Of a stretch of DNA of 64,000 nucleotides, positions 1 to 12,424 are shown piece after piece; position 1 is the stretch's first letter; each line of letters starts with the position of its first letter. The stretch lies in contig NC_043009.1 in NCBI RefSeq assembly GCF_006345805.1, forward strand, positions 62,496,001 through 62,560,000. Reading direction: 5' to 3'. This stretch comes from Octopus sinensis (taxonomy: Eukaryota). The notes beneath the pieces were generated by a model. It was given only the letters and a program-made list of their open reading frames with translations, was not told where the DNA came from and searched no databases. The position numbers were made by a program, and so were the translations under genes.

Positions 1-1084
1 GCTCCCCAACTGGACCGGATGCCAGTCCATTGCAGCGTTACTCATTTTTGCCAGCTGAGTGGACTGGAGCAACGTGAAATGAAGTGTTTTGCTCAAGAAC
101 ACAACGCGTCGCCAGGAATCGAAACCACAATCTTACGATCATAATGCTGACACCCTAACCACTAAGCCACGCACCTCCACCAGTTTCATCTTAACTAGGC
201 TTATTTTGACTCTTGATCCTAACTAGACTGTTTTGATCTCGGCTTATTTTGAATTTATCTTGACTGTTTTGATCCTAACTAGGCTGAGATAGATTTTAAT
301 GAAGTGGAGCTTATTATGGCAGACGACTTGTCCGTTGGAGACTCATTTCACTAATGTCAACTCTCGCAGCTACGATATATAGAATACCAGCTTCTTTCAG
401 ACGGTGGTGTCGCAAATAGCCAAAAAACAGGCTTATTAAAAATTAATTATTAGCGATGGAATCAGTAATTAATACCAAAAGATATATATTTTCTATAGTT
501 TCTGCAGCTGAGATACCAATAAGAAATACGCCTGATGTGCGTTATATCCGCTCAGCTTGACCTGTACAATAAATCAGATTGACAGCGATAGCCGAGTGTT
601 ATCTCTCTGTCGTGCTTGTGGTTGGAACACAAGTGTTAGACAGTCGAGTGATATTTACTGTCTGGGTAAGTCCTTATCACGCGTTACACTTCTTGTTTAT
701 AAACATGAGTATTGGCGCTGACGATTTTTTTAGCCTTGGTGTTGGAGACATTTTGATGATGTATTTACTTGATTCTGTAGACATGGTGAGGCTTTCTCGT
801 TTCTACTTATCGCTTGCGTGCGTGTGTATGTGTGTACACAGGCATCTTTTTATCTTTTACTTGTTTCCAGTTATTGGACTGCGGCCATGCTGGAGCAATG
901 GCCTTCAAGGGTTTAGTGGAACAAATCGACCTTTGCACTTTTTTTAAAGCCTGGCTCTTATTCTATCAGTTTCTTTTGCCGAAACGCCAAGTTACGGGCT
1001 TGTAAACAAACCAATAACGGTTATCAAGCGGGATTAAGAACAAATACAACACACACACACACAAATACATTTACGCTGTTTAAA

Positions 1085-1216
1085 CAGTCGTAGGCAACCT
1101 TTCAGAATGGTACGGCTTACCAAAAATTACCTTGAATTTTTTTAGTAGTGCGGCCCCTCTGATGACGATTCATATCTCATGCGGCCCGCTTCTCGAAAAA
1201 GGATGCCCATTCCTTG
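1085..1216. mobile_element. Degenerate hAT-like MITE
   Basis: Left CAGTCGTAGGCAACCTTT and right AAAGGATGCCCATTCCTTG, resembling CAGGGGTNGGCAAC-type TIRs. TSD not established. Confidence 0.35.
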
Positions 1217-2011
1217 TTTGTATAGTCCGGAAATTCCCAACTGAGTTATTGCCCTTGCTTACCGTTTTTCTGGATTTTTGTTTTGTTATGGGGGTTGTGG
1301 TGGGGATCAGATTTTAAACCCATTTAAAATACACTGGCTTTCTTCTAATTAAATTTGAAGAATTTAATAAATTTTTTTAAGCTTTATGGTAATATTTGGA
1401 ACATAAACTGAAATTTTAGTGAAAAGTTTCAATTTAGATGGCTTTAAAAGAGGAACACAGAACAAGAGGCGGTCTCAGGCGGGTTGGTATCGGGAGCATT
1501 AAACAAATTCCGAAACTACCTTCCTAAATCCGACACTCTACTTTGTATTTAATATGAAGTAAACTCCATTGAGGCATTTTCCTTCAGTTATTATCAATAT
1601 CTCTACATCCCATCTATTTTCTATATCCATGGAGCACTCTCTTAGTTGTGCCAGCTGAGAATATGCTTAGCCGAAGAGACCTAGTGAGATCGAAACATGT
1701 CTGTTGCTTTCACCAGCCGATTTTAAAGAACAGATCCACACTAGTCTGCGTTGTCAGTGTTGGTGGAAAATTTTGATCAGTAAATTATATGAAAGTTATT
1801 TCTTGTACTCTTTTCCCTTTTACTTGTTTCAGTCATTTGACTGCGGCCATGCTGGAGCACCGCCTTTAGCCGAGCAAATCGACCCCAGGACTTATTCTTT
1901 GTAAGCCTGGCACTTATTCTATCGGTCTCTTTTGCCGAACCGCTAAGTTACGGGGGGGCGTAAACACACCAGCATCGGTTGTCAAGCGATATTGGGGGTA
2001 AAAGCATATAA

Positions 2012-2047
<36 letters not shown>

Positions 2048-3020
2048 CCCATTCCCGTCATCCATCTGCGACGATACTTCCGTCGTAACTGCTATCCTGT
2101 CCTTTCTCGCCCGCCTTGCAAGGCTTCTGGTTGACAATTTTCCCTCTCTGTCTTCCACGATAATCCAGCGTTTACATACTTTTTCGTCTGGCGTTAACGC
2201 CTTCTTATCTTGTTCTCCTTGTCTTGTCTCTCACTGTTATATATTTATTTCCACTGTTTATATATATATTTTTACTGTTTATATGTTTGTACTGTCGTTA
2301 CCGTCTTGCTTTTTTTTTTTTTTTTTTTTACCCCTCTGCGAAAAGATCTCAGAATTTTAATGATTGCTTTTCGCGGGAAGGAATTTTTCTTCGAAGTATC
2401 GTCTCGCTTTTATCCTTCGAAACGTTTAGTAGATGAAATCTTAGCGACTGAAGAAGGGATTTTCGTTGTGCTTATTCCTCTATCTCCCCTTTTTTTTGCT
2501 TGTCTTGTTCCTTGGTTGTGTCTATGTGTTTCGTCTCTCTATGTGTTCGCGTCTTTTTGGTGTCCTGTACACTATATGGTGTATATGTACATGTAGAGGT
2601 AGGTACGTACATATATGTTTATATATAGCATATCTATTTTATTAACATATATATATATATACATATATACGACGGGCTTCTTTCAGATTCCGTCTACCAA
2701 ATCCACTCACAAGGCTTTGGTCGACCCAATACTATAGTAGAAGACACTTTCTCAAGGTGTCACGCAGTGGGACTGAACCCGGAACCATGTGGCTGGTAAG
2801 CGAACTACTTACCACACAGCCACTGCCATGTTGTTTGTTTCTAAATTTTAAACCTAGAGGGAGTTTGGGGAAGAGGTTTTTTCCTTCTAATTGTTTTTGC
2901 TAATCTAAGTTGATAGTAAATTTTTTCACCTTTTACATTTTATATTCATGAGATGATAATATATTTGCATTTAGCTTACAAGAGGCTTCTCGAAGGTATT
3001 TATTTTTCCATCTTTTGTAA

Positions 3021-3480
3021 TCATGTATTTTGATGATGACAATGATGATGATTATCATTATTATGACGACAACACAACGTCAACGACGACCATGGTGGTG
3101 GAGTGGTCATGGCGGTGGTCGTGATGGTTGTCGTCGTCGTCGCACTGGTAATGGTCGTGGGTGACGGTGATGGCGATGGAGGTTGATTGCGATGATGATG
3201 ATGGTGGTGCTGGTGGTGTTGCTGGTGCTGGTGCTGGTGCTGGTGCTGGTAGTGGTTCTGGTGGTAGTGGTGGCTCTTATTGTTCTGGTGGTGGTTCGGT
3301 GGTGGTGGTGCTGGTGCTGGTGGTGCTTGTGCTGGTGGTTTTAGTGGTGGTGGTGGTGGTTCTGGTGCTGGTGGTGGTACCGCCGACAGCAACGACGATG
3401 ACAATGATAATGACGATGATGATGACGGTGGTAATGACTGTGACGATGATGATGATGATGATGCCGACGACTACGACGAG
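3021..3480. repeat. Compound trinucleotide repeat (GAT/GAC/GGT/GCT) just upstream of an otopetrin exon
   Basis: Direct inspection; source of the poly-G/D/H/V ORFs. Confidence 0.9.
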
Positions 3481-3534
3481 GTTGTTTACCGTTGTATATA
3501 TATTTATGTATATTGTTTTTTCTTCTTTTGCCAG

Positions 3535-3721
3535 GGCTTCTACTTCTATCTATTTGGAATGAGCATAATGTTCTTATTGTATGCCTACGTCTACATTTTA
3601 CACACCCGGACACTCGGGGGAATGACAAAATTTCGGAAATCAGAAGACAACTTACACTATCGCATGAGATACAAAACCATCACCGATACAGGGAGTTTCT
3701 ACTTGCGACTTGGCGCAGTCG
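3535..3721 (+). CDS. Otop: Otopetrin-family proton channel, first exon found in window (TM2-TM3: GFYFYLFGMSIMFLLYAY...GSFYLRLGAV)
   Basis: Polypyrimidine tract + AG at 3533-3534; donor G|GTACGT at 3722. GSFYLRxGAV motif typical of invertebrate otopetrins. Phase-1 donor joins the phase-1 acceptor at 4418. Confidence 0.9.
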
Positions 3722-4035
3722 GTACGTAATCCCTTGCATACGCATATTTGTACTTGTCTGTGTGTATATATACTACATGCTCGAAATGAGTAGATGGACA
3801 GCCGACAACTGATGAAGGGTCGTTCTCTGTGTTTATGTGTCCTGTTTTACATTATTTATCTCGTTGTTTGCGTATTTAACTCGTTTCTTTTCGTATTTCA
3901 TGTTGTTTACACAGTTGTTGACGTCCTGTACCCATAAATGCATATATATATATATATACACATACATACATACATACATATATATATATATAAAACTACT
4001 TGATAATTTCTTATAAAGATTTTATCCTATTTTAA

Positions 4036-4083
<48 letters not shown>

Positions 4084-4106
4084 CTTGTTTCTTTGGCGAC
4101 TGTCAG

Positions 4107-4172
4107 AATGATGTTGGACGCCTCTGATGAGAACCCAATAAAGTTCGAAAATCGATTAAGGTGTTCATCATT
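4107..4172 (+). ncRNA. Minimal type I hammerhead ribozyme, intact core (Penelope/retrozyme type), intronic and sense to otopetrin
   Basis: Stem I GACGCCT(4117-23)/AGGTGTT(4159-65), extended by AATGATG/CATCATT. CTGATGA 4124-30. Stem II GAAC/GTTC. GAAA 4147-50. Palindromic stem III AATCGATT. UUA cleavage triplet ending 4158. Confidence 0.85.
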
Positions 4173-4250
4173 TTTATAGTCTAATATGTACTAAAATGTT
4201 CATCATGATAAAATTATTTTAGTATTTTCTACTTTGTCTTATTTTGCTTA

Positions 4251-4351
<101 letters not shown>

Positions 4352-4417
4352 CATATATAAAAGTGTTCGGAGGTTTACCGTAAAAGCTAACACAGTCGTT
4401 GTCGTATGTCTTTACAG

Positions 4418-4578
4418 GTTTTGGGATAGGAAGTATGATAAAGAGTGGACTACAGTTTGGAGAGTTCTTTGAGCTTGACTTACGGTCCCCTTGTATCAAC
4501 GTCCTACAGCGACTGCTCCCAATTGTGCATTTAACATTCACATTTGCACAGCTCTACTTTGTCTTTCTTAATTCCAAG
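4418..4578 (+). CDS. Otop: Otopetrin exon (TM3-TM4: GFGIGSMIKSGLQFGEFFE...FTFAQLYFVFLNSK)
   Basis: Acceptor TTTACAG|GT (AG 4416-4417), donor AAG|GTAAGT (4579). FGIGSMI and QxYFxFLN otopetrin motifs. Phase 1 in, phase 0 out. Confidence 0.93.
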
Positions 4579-7500
4579 GTAAGTCACACGGCCACCACCA
4601 CCAACCCCAACACGCACTCACTTCCTTCTTCTCTATCACATTCTCTTCCATCTTTCCCCTCTTTTCCATCTTTTTCTTAATCTTAATTCCAAGGTAAGTC
4701 ACAAAGCTGGAGAATTTTTTTTCCTTCTCCAGCTACCGCTTCGTGTACCCTCCACCTCCTCATCCCCACCCCTCATTTCTAACTCCTTCATCTCTCCCTC
4801 CTGGTTGTATCTTACTTTATCTTTTACTTGTTTCAGTCATTAGACTGTGGCCATGCTGGGGCATCAGCTTGAGGAATTTTTTAGTCGAATGAATTCGACC
4901 CCAAGTACTTTTATTTTTCTTAAGCCTGGAACTTATTCTACGGTCTCTTTTGCCGAACCGCTAAACTACAGGGACGTAAACACACCAACACCGGTTGGCA
5001 TTGGTGGTGGGAGAATAAGCACACACACAAACACACTCTTTGAATTTCTATTGACCAATCCACTTTGCTCGACTCGAGGTCACACAAAAGAGATCTGTTC
5101 AGTTTGGCTCACAGATTTTTTAATTAATTTTATTTTGACTAAACAGTTTGAAACTTCGTATACTGGTGGAATGTCTCAGGCAGAACACGGTTTACTTTGA
5201 ACATTTTGGACAAAATTTGGTATTTTAGAAGTTATTTCGTGTTAAAGTTGTCATATTTGGGTAATTTCAACCAATCAACAACGTGTATTCGGCTGAAGAA
5301 AGCTACTGCTAATGGGTAGACTGTACCATTTTCTAGAACCTACTTACATTTAGGTGGCAGTACCTCCATGGGACACCTCCTTACATCCAAGTGGATTGTG
5401 CCATCATTTGGTACCTATATACTTCAAGGTGGACTGTAACTCCATATGATGTGAAATCTGTTCCACCATGTTACTCTGATTTACATGTCCAGTGGTTGTA
5501 AGAATCTGTGACAGAAGTTATATTATACACTGTAGAATATATGAAGAATTAATTCTCTGAGCGTATTTCTAGTTTGGTACAAGGGACAATTTAAGGCTTA
5601 CAACCCCTCAAGGGGGTCTGTATTTCTAACAACTTAGGAGCAGTAAATACAACCATGACCAATGCTGAAGAAGAGCAACCAGACAGAAATAGTAAACCTT
5701 GACTTGTTAAACCAGCGTTTTCTCACTTTCGGGTGTAATATTCGGGTGGATGTGTGGTAAAAAATTTGCTTCCCAACTACATGGTTCCGGGTTCAGTTCC
5801 ACTGTGTGACATCTTGGATAAGTATCTTTTACTATAGCCTCAGGCCGACCAAAGTCTCGTGAAGGGATTTAGTAGACGGAAACTGGAAGAAGCCCGTCGT
5901 ATGTGTGTGCGTGTGTGTATGTGTCTTCGAATCTGTGTTTGTCCTCCACCACCGCTTGACAACCGGTGCTGGTGTGTTTATGTTCCCTTTGGTTCAAAAA
6001 AAAAAAGTCCTGGGTTTTGATTCGTTCGACTAAACTTCTTCAAGGCGGTGCCCCAGCATGGCCACAATCTAAAGACTGAAACAAGTAAAAAAAATAAAAG
6101 ATATGTTCATATCTAGAATTATATATCTCTATTCTGTGGGAGGTTTTTTTGTGTGTGTTATCTCCTAGAAGGGCAAAAATATTTAAATATTTGCGTGTGT
6201 ACACAAACACAATACTCACGTACTTAATACACTCGCACTTAAGCGCGCGCACGTAACCGTGTGTGCGTGCGTGTGGTCGAGGGGAAGCTACTACAAATGA
6301 CTGAGGTAATTGTGATTACAAGGGAAGCTACTCTAACTTTACTTTGATCCATCAAATTTTCAACTTTGAATTAGGTCTTTTTTAACTTTCTTTTCCCTTC
6401 TTTAAACACATTCACAAATACGCATGCGTACATACATGTACAAGCTAATAAAGTTTATTCATACACAGTTATTCATACGAGTTATTTATGCACAGTTATT
6501 CATAGACAGCCAACGTGCAATACCGAAATACAATGGATCAATAAGCAATGGTGACATCAAAATTTCTTTCCACACATCTCAAAGACCCAACATTATGACA
6601 GGTTATGGAGGCTGTATGCATACTGGAAGTAGTTCCTGACAACATATGCGGTGGCCGGCTCGTTCGCACACACACACACACATAAGCTATCAACACATGC
6701 GGGGCCCCCGCGCATGCACAAACACACACGCATAAGCCATGGAAAGAATAAATGGTGTAACATCTCCATAACAACAACTCACCACTACAGCAATACAAGA
6801 ATGAAAGAGAATACTATAAGATTAAAAGTCCACTAAGGTCAACTACACACACATATACAAACACGAAGCAGAAACACACATACCCATAAACTACACTTGT
6901 ACACACACACACAATCTACAAACTACACACCATACACATATACATACTTACACACATAACCTACAAACTATACGCACACATTTTTATGATACCACCAACA
7001 AAAAAAAATAAACAAACAAATGAAAATATAATTATAAATTTTTAAAATGGACAGTGAAAAATAAAATGAAAGAAAGCATCAACATGACAACATATTTGAT
7101 GCTTGACAACCTAAATAGAAAGATGAGACTTGTGACAATAATCAGGCTCCTTTCTCAACAATTTCATAAAATATTGAAAGATTAAAGTCAATGAAAAGGT
7201 CAGACCACTCTTATGGTGAAAGATTTATAACTAAAACTCAAGTGGTCCTTTACCAAAGAGAGTGATTATTGCTTGAGTGTCTCTGTCTCAAAATACGATG
7301 GAGTTGCTTTCAACAAATGGTTTTCATATCAAAGTTCTTGCAAATCAAATTCAAAATGCTGTGTCTGTCTGTGGGTGTGTAAGTGTGTGAGTGAGTACGT
7401 TACGTGTATGCATGTATATATATATGTTTATATATGCATAAATGTGTGTATGCATTACACATGTGCACACACACGCACGTGTATGTATGTATATATATAT

Positions 7501-8257
7501 ATATCATCATCATCGTTTAACGTCCACTTCCATGCTAGTATGGGTTGGACGATTTGACTGAGGACTGGCAAACCAGATGGCTGCGCCAGGCTCCAATCTT
7601 GATCTGGCAGAGATTCTACAAGCTCGATGTCCTTCCTAACGCCAACCACTCTATATATTCTTTTACTTGTTTGACTGCAGCCATGCTGGAGCACCGCCTT
7701 TAGTCGAACAAATCGACCCCAGGACTTGTTCTTTGTAAGCCTAGTACTTATTCTATCGGTCTCTTTTGCTGAACCGCTACGTTACAGGGACATAAACACA
7801 CCAGCATCGGTTGTCAATGTTGGAGGGGACAAACACACACACACAAACATATACATACACATACATACATATATATATATGCATGTATATCGGCTCGAGG
7901 CAATAGTTGAAGTCACTTGGCCAAGGTGCCATGCAGTGGGACTGAACCCGGAACCACGTGATTGGTAAGCAAAGCTACTTACCACACAGCAGCTATATAT
8001 CATCATTTCATCACTCTATGTCCAATCTTTCCATGCCGGCATAGGTTAAATAGCTTATTGTCCAAGTTAGTTCATATTTTGGGTTAGTGCTTGGAATCAT
8101 ATTTGTTTGCATTCAAGGTATGTACATAAGTAAAACTTACTTGGAAAAGGATGCGCGGCGTTCGATCATATAATGATATAAATAATATATAAATATATGC
8201 ATATATACATACATATATGTACATACCTACATATATATATGTATATATACATGCATA

Positions 8258-8636
8258 GTGGTGGCGCAATGACCCAGTGGTTAGGGCAGCGGACTCGCGG
8301 TCGTAGGATCGCGGTTTCGATCCCCAGACCGGGCGTTGTGAGTGTTTATTGAGCGAAAACACCTAAAGCTCCACGAGGCTCCGGCAGGGATGGTGCTGAT
8401 CCCTGCTGTACTCTTTCACCACAACTTTTTCTAACTCTTACTTCCTGTTTCTGTTGTACCTGTATTTCAAAGGGCCGGCCTTGTCACTCTCTGTGTCACG
8501 CTGAATATCCCCGAGAACTACGTTAAGGGTACACGTGTCTGTGGAGTGCTCAGCCACTTACACGTTAATTTCACGAGCAGGCTGTTCCATTGATCGGATT
8601 AACCGGAACCCTCGTCGTCGTAACCGACGGAGTGCT
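8258..8636 (+). mobile_element. tRNA-derived SINE family C with recognisable A and B boxes
   Basis: TGACCCAGTGGTTAGG (A box) and GGTTTCGATCCCC (B box), followed by a non-tRNA body. Other copies at about 1-180(-), 10760-10900(-), 18525-18770(+), 23130-23290(-), 31190-31335(-), 47625-47925(+), 63815-63970(+). Confidence 0.82.
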
Positions 8637-9275
8637 TCTTTGAGTACAGGACATCAAAAAAAACGTTGAACACAATGAGACACGAAAACAGAAACAGAAA
8701 ACGAGCTTTGAACAACGAAAAAAAACAGAGAAACGAGACATTGTCCTGTTCTTGTTACCACTTTTACCCTCCGCAAAAAATCCTAAATTTTATTTAATTT
8801 GCTTTGTGGGAAGGACTGTTTCAACGAAGTTGCATATTGTCCTTGCCTTCGAAAATGTGGAGTAGATGAAACAGGGACAACTGATGAAGGGGAATATTCT
8901 TTATGTTTCTCTGCTTTTTCTCATGTCTCGTTTCTCTGTTTATTTTTTTGGTGTTTGAAAAAAAGTTCGTTTTCTATGTTTTTGTTTCTCATTGTGTTCA
9001 ACGTTGTTTTGATGTCCTGTACCCATATATGCATGTATATATACATATATATGTTAGTGTGTACATATATGTATGTATATATGCATATATTTATATATTA
9101 TTTATATTATGTGTATAAGTATTTGTGGACGTGTGTGTATGTACAAGTGTGTGTATATGTGTGTTCCCATACACACATGCACAAGCACACACACTCACAC
9201 AAGCACATAGATGAGAAAGAATGCTAGATGAGGACCACCACACATCATCTAACAGAGGAATATCTCTCTTTACAG

Positions 9276-9498
9276 ATGTGTATCCAAAGTTATAAGGCAA
9301 TTGCACGTTTCGGTCTGATGCACATGGTTGGAACGAATCTGAGTGTCTGGACGCGCGATCTGGTGAAGGAGACCATTAGGGAGATCCATGAACATACGAG
9401 CATCAAAGAAAATAAAGTCCACGCGGCACCAGAAGCAGAACCATTGACCTACACCGGTAGCGGCAATGGCTCTGAATACTCATTCAATCAAGACAATG
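9276..9498 (+). CDS. Otop: Otopetrin exon (TM5 and start of the 5-6 loop: MCIQSYKAIARFGLMHMVGTNLSVW...)
   Basis: Acceptor CTCTCTTTACAG| (AG 9274-9275), donor G|GTAAGT (9499). RFGLMHxxxTNLxVW motif. Phase 0 in, phase 1 out. Confidence 0.93.
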
Positions 9499-10402
9499 GT
9501 AAGTTTCGACAGCCACGGCTGATTTAATGAAATTCTTCTCATTGATTCATTGATCTAACATTCTCTCACTGTTCTAACTAACATTCCTAGCCTACGCATT
9601 CACACATTCACGTCTTAAATATATCCCCTACCCCATGTGCAGATTAAGCTCACACACTTAATATATACAGAGTTGCCAAGACAAATGAACATAGGCTAAC
9701 TCCGTAGGGTGATGTGACGGGAGTTGAAACCTCAACTCAAAATTAGATAGGTATGCTTTGGTGTTGTGGTTAGCACAGATTTATGAGTTACAGAGAGGCA
9801 CAGTGTTTGAGGTTTGAATCTCAAAGACAATGTTACAACTCTTTCCATTTTTTCTTATATATATATATATGCTAGTCCTGTAGAAGCTCCTTCTATAAAA
9901 TAAATTAATTTACTCTGCTATGTATTGAGTACCTTATTTACTGTGGTTAACCCCGACTCAACCTGGGACCTACATATATATATATATATAAGAATACTAC
10001 GAAGATTTTTGCCTGGTATGTTAATGATTCTGCCAGTTCGGTGCCTTATCTTGCCCCAGAATATTGGTTACAAATTTTGGCTCAAGGCCAGCAATTTCAT
10101 GAGTGGGGGGTAATTCCATTACATTGACCCCACTGCTCAAATGATACTTATTTCGTTGACCCTAAAAGGCAAAGCTGACCTCAGTGGAATTTGAACACAG
10201 GACATAAGGATGGATGGAATGCCACTAAGCATTTTGCCTGGCATGCTACCAATTCTGCCATCCCTCTGCCATTATCTTGCCCCTAAATATTGCTATTTGA
10301 TCCTGTTAATTTCGTAGCACTTCAAGAATTTTTTTTCTTAATCAAATCAATGATTAAAACATGTTTCAAGAGATGAGACGTTTTTAAAATAGCATCAGGA
10401 TA

Positions 10403-10630
10403 TTCTTTAGCATTTAAACTGACCATATCCGGCTCAAAATTTTCTGCCTGTTTTATGTTCAAACTGGCCGAATCAGGCCTCTCATACTTACCCTACAATG
10501 TCATTCAAAACATAAGCAGTCATATCATTAGAATCTTGAAGCTATGAGATAATCCAGGATTAACTGAAAGCAATGTGAATAAATAAGGATTACATTTGAT
10601 TACAAAATAATCTGAATGCTAAAGGGTTAA
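10403..10630. mobile_element. piggyBac-like MITE with degenerate left end
   Basis: CTTTAGCATT (10405-14) / AATGCTAAAG-GG|TTAA (10615-30). Confidence 0.6.
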
Positions 10631-10953
10631 AGTCAGACTTAAAATGAGACCTTAAACTTCTCAATAGTCCTTGAATTGTTGTCACTCTCGAATGAGGCCA
10701 ACCCAGCTGGCTAAGTGGGGAGGCAAACATCCCTTCTGAATGGAATTCCAGGCTGTTGCAGTGTTACCCAGTTACAGCTGAGTAGACTGCAGCAATGTGA
10801 AATGAAGTGTTTTGCTCAAGAACACAATTTACAATACGGTCTGGGAATTGAAACCATGATCTTACCATTGTAAGAACAACACCCTAACCACTTAGCCATG
10901 TACCTTCACACACGCGTACGTGCACGCACACACACAACACATATATTTAGGCA

Positions 10954-11153
10954 TACACAGGGTGAGGCAAAAGTAGGTATACAGTTACAGAAAAAGAAAA
11001 ACACCTACAATACTCGTTTATTTTTATCGAAAAAAATTAAAAGTTACGATAAAAATATTATTATTACTATTTATGATAATTAATTTGATGTGCTAATAAT
11101 TTTAATGAATTAGGTACTACTTACTGTATACCTACTTTTGCACTGCCTGTGTA
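10954..11153. mobile_element. Tc1/mariner-type MITE
   Basis: TIR core GCAAAAGTAGGTATACAGT / ACTGTATACCTACTTTTGC with CAGG/CCTG termini. Confidence 0.7.
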
Positions 11154-11614
11154 TGTATGTATGTATGTGTATTTATACATATACGTGTGTATATGTATAT
11201 ATACTTACATATATGTGTGTGTGTGTATGTGTATGTATGTGTGTGTGTATATATGTATATACATATATACATATATATATAATAAATATATATAATTTAT
11301 ATATATATATATATATATACATGTATATATATAAATTTATATATATGTATGTATATGAATTTATACATATATATATATGTGTGTGTATGTATATATACAT
11401 ACACATACATATGTATATATTTATATATAGATATATGTATATACATATATATGTATATGTATGTATTGCATACACACATACACATGCACATATTTATCCC
11501 TAATACTCTCAGGAAAAACGAAACCCTCAAATTTTCCTTCCTGTTTGGCATGAGTTGCTTGAGCTTATATCTAATGGGACCCTCCCATCATCTTCTCTCC
11601 CACAACCCTGTGCT

Positions 11615-12320
11615 ATTCGCAGAGCTTGTGCTTCTAATGTTGAATCATCTCATCATATCCTGTGCTATCTACTGAGCATGTTCCTTGCCACTGGATCATC
11701 TCATCATATTCTGAGCCATCTGAGCATGTTCCTTGTCCTTGGATCATCTCATTGTATTCTGAACCTTCTACTGAGCATGTTCCTTGCCACTGGATCATCT
11801 CATCGTATTCTGAGCCTTCTACTGAGCTTGTTCCTTGCCACTGGATCATCTCATCGTATTCTGAGCCTTCTACTGAGCTTGTTCCTTGCCACTGGATCAT
11901 CTCATCGTATTCTGAGCCTTCTACTGAGCTTGTTCCTTGCCACTGGATCATCTCATCGTATTCTGAGCCTTCTACTGAGCATGTTCCTTGCCACTGGATC
12001 ATCTCATCATATTCTGAGCCTTCTACTGAGCTTGTTCCTTGCCACTAGATCATCTCATCGTATTCTGAGCCTTCTACTGAGCTTGTTCCTTGCCACTGGA
12101 TCATCTCATCGTATTCTGAGCCATCTACTGAGCATGTTCCTTGCCACTGGATCATCTCATCGTATTCTGAGCCATCTACTGAGCATGTTCCTTGTCCTTG
12201 GATCATCTCATCGTATTCTGAGCCATCTACTGAGCATGTTCCTTGCCTTTGGATCGTCTCATCATATCCTGTGCTACCTGCTGAGCTTGTTCCTTGCTGT
12301 TGGATCATCTCATCATCATC
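11615..12320. repeat. 51-bp-unit minisatellite, ~14 copies
   Basis: Unit CTACTGAGCTTGTTCCTTGCCACTGGATCATCTCATCGTATTCTGAGCCTT, with homogeneous centre and degenerate edges. It explains the 17-aa-repeat ORFs in several frames. Confidence 0.95.
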
Positions 12321-12424
12321 AGAAAAGCCGGTGTGGGGGTTGAATCCTCCAACGGCTGTCATCTGCCAAAGCCGTAGGCCTTACACAATGTAATTGGAAC
12401 AGTGTTTGAAATGTTTCTTTCTAG

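Noticed and set aside
579-665. Hydrophobic frame ending at a GTAAGT donor, candidate otopetrin TM1 exon
   Set aside because: Phase fits, but there is no recognisable TM1 motif and the acceptor is weak. Needs RNA-seq.
1665-1707. Hammerhead-like CCGAAGA...GAAACATGTC
   Set aside because: U4 is mutated and stems I and II are broken; at most a dead remnant.
3280-3534. Gly/Asp-rich open frame continuous with the first otopetrin exon found, which could be an acidic N-terminus
   Set aside because: It is a trinucleotide repeat followed by a clear polypyrimidine tract and AG at 3533-34. TM1 is missing, so an upstream exon is required.
8258-8340. tRNA gene
   Set aside because: A and B boxes are present, but there is no cloverleaf closure and it continues into a repeated SINE body.
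11555-12362. 262-aa and overlapping repeat ORFs as a membrane or repeat protein
   Set aside because: Explained by a 51-bp intronic minisatellite whose unit length is a multiple of three.
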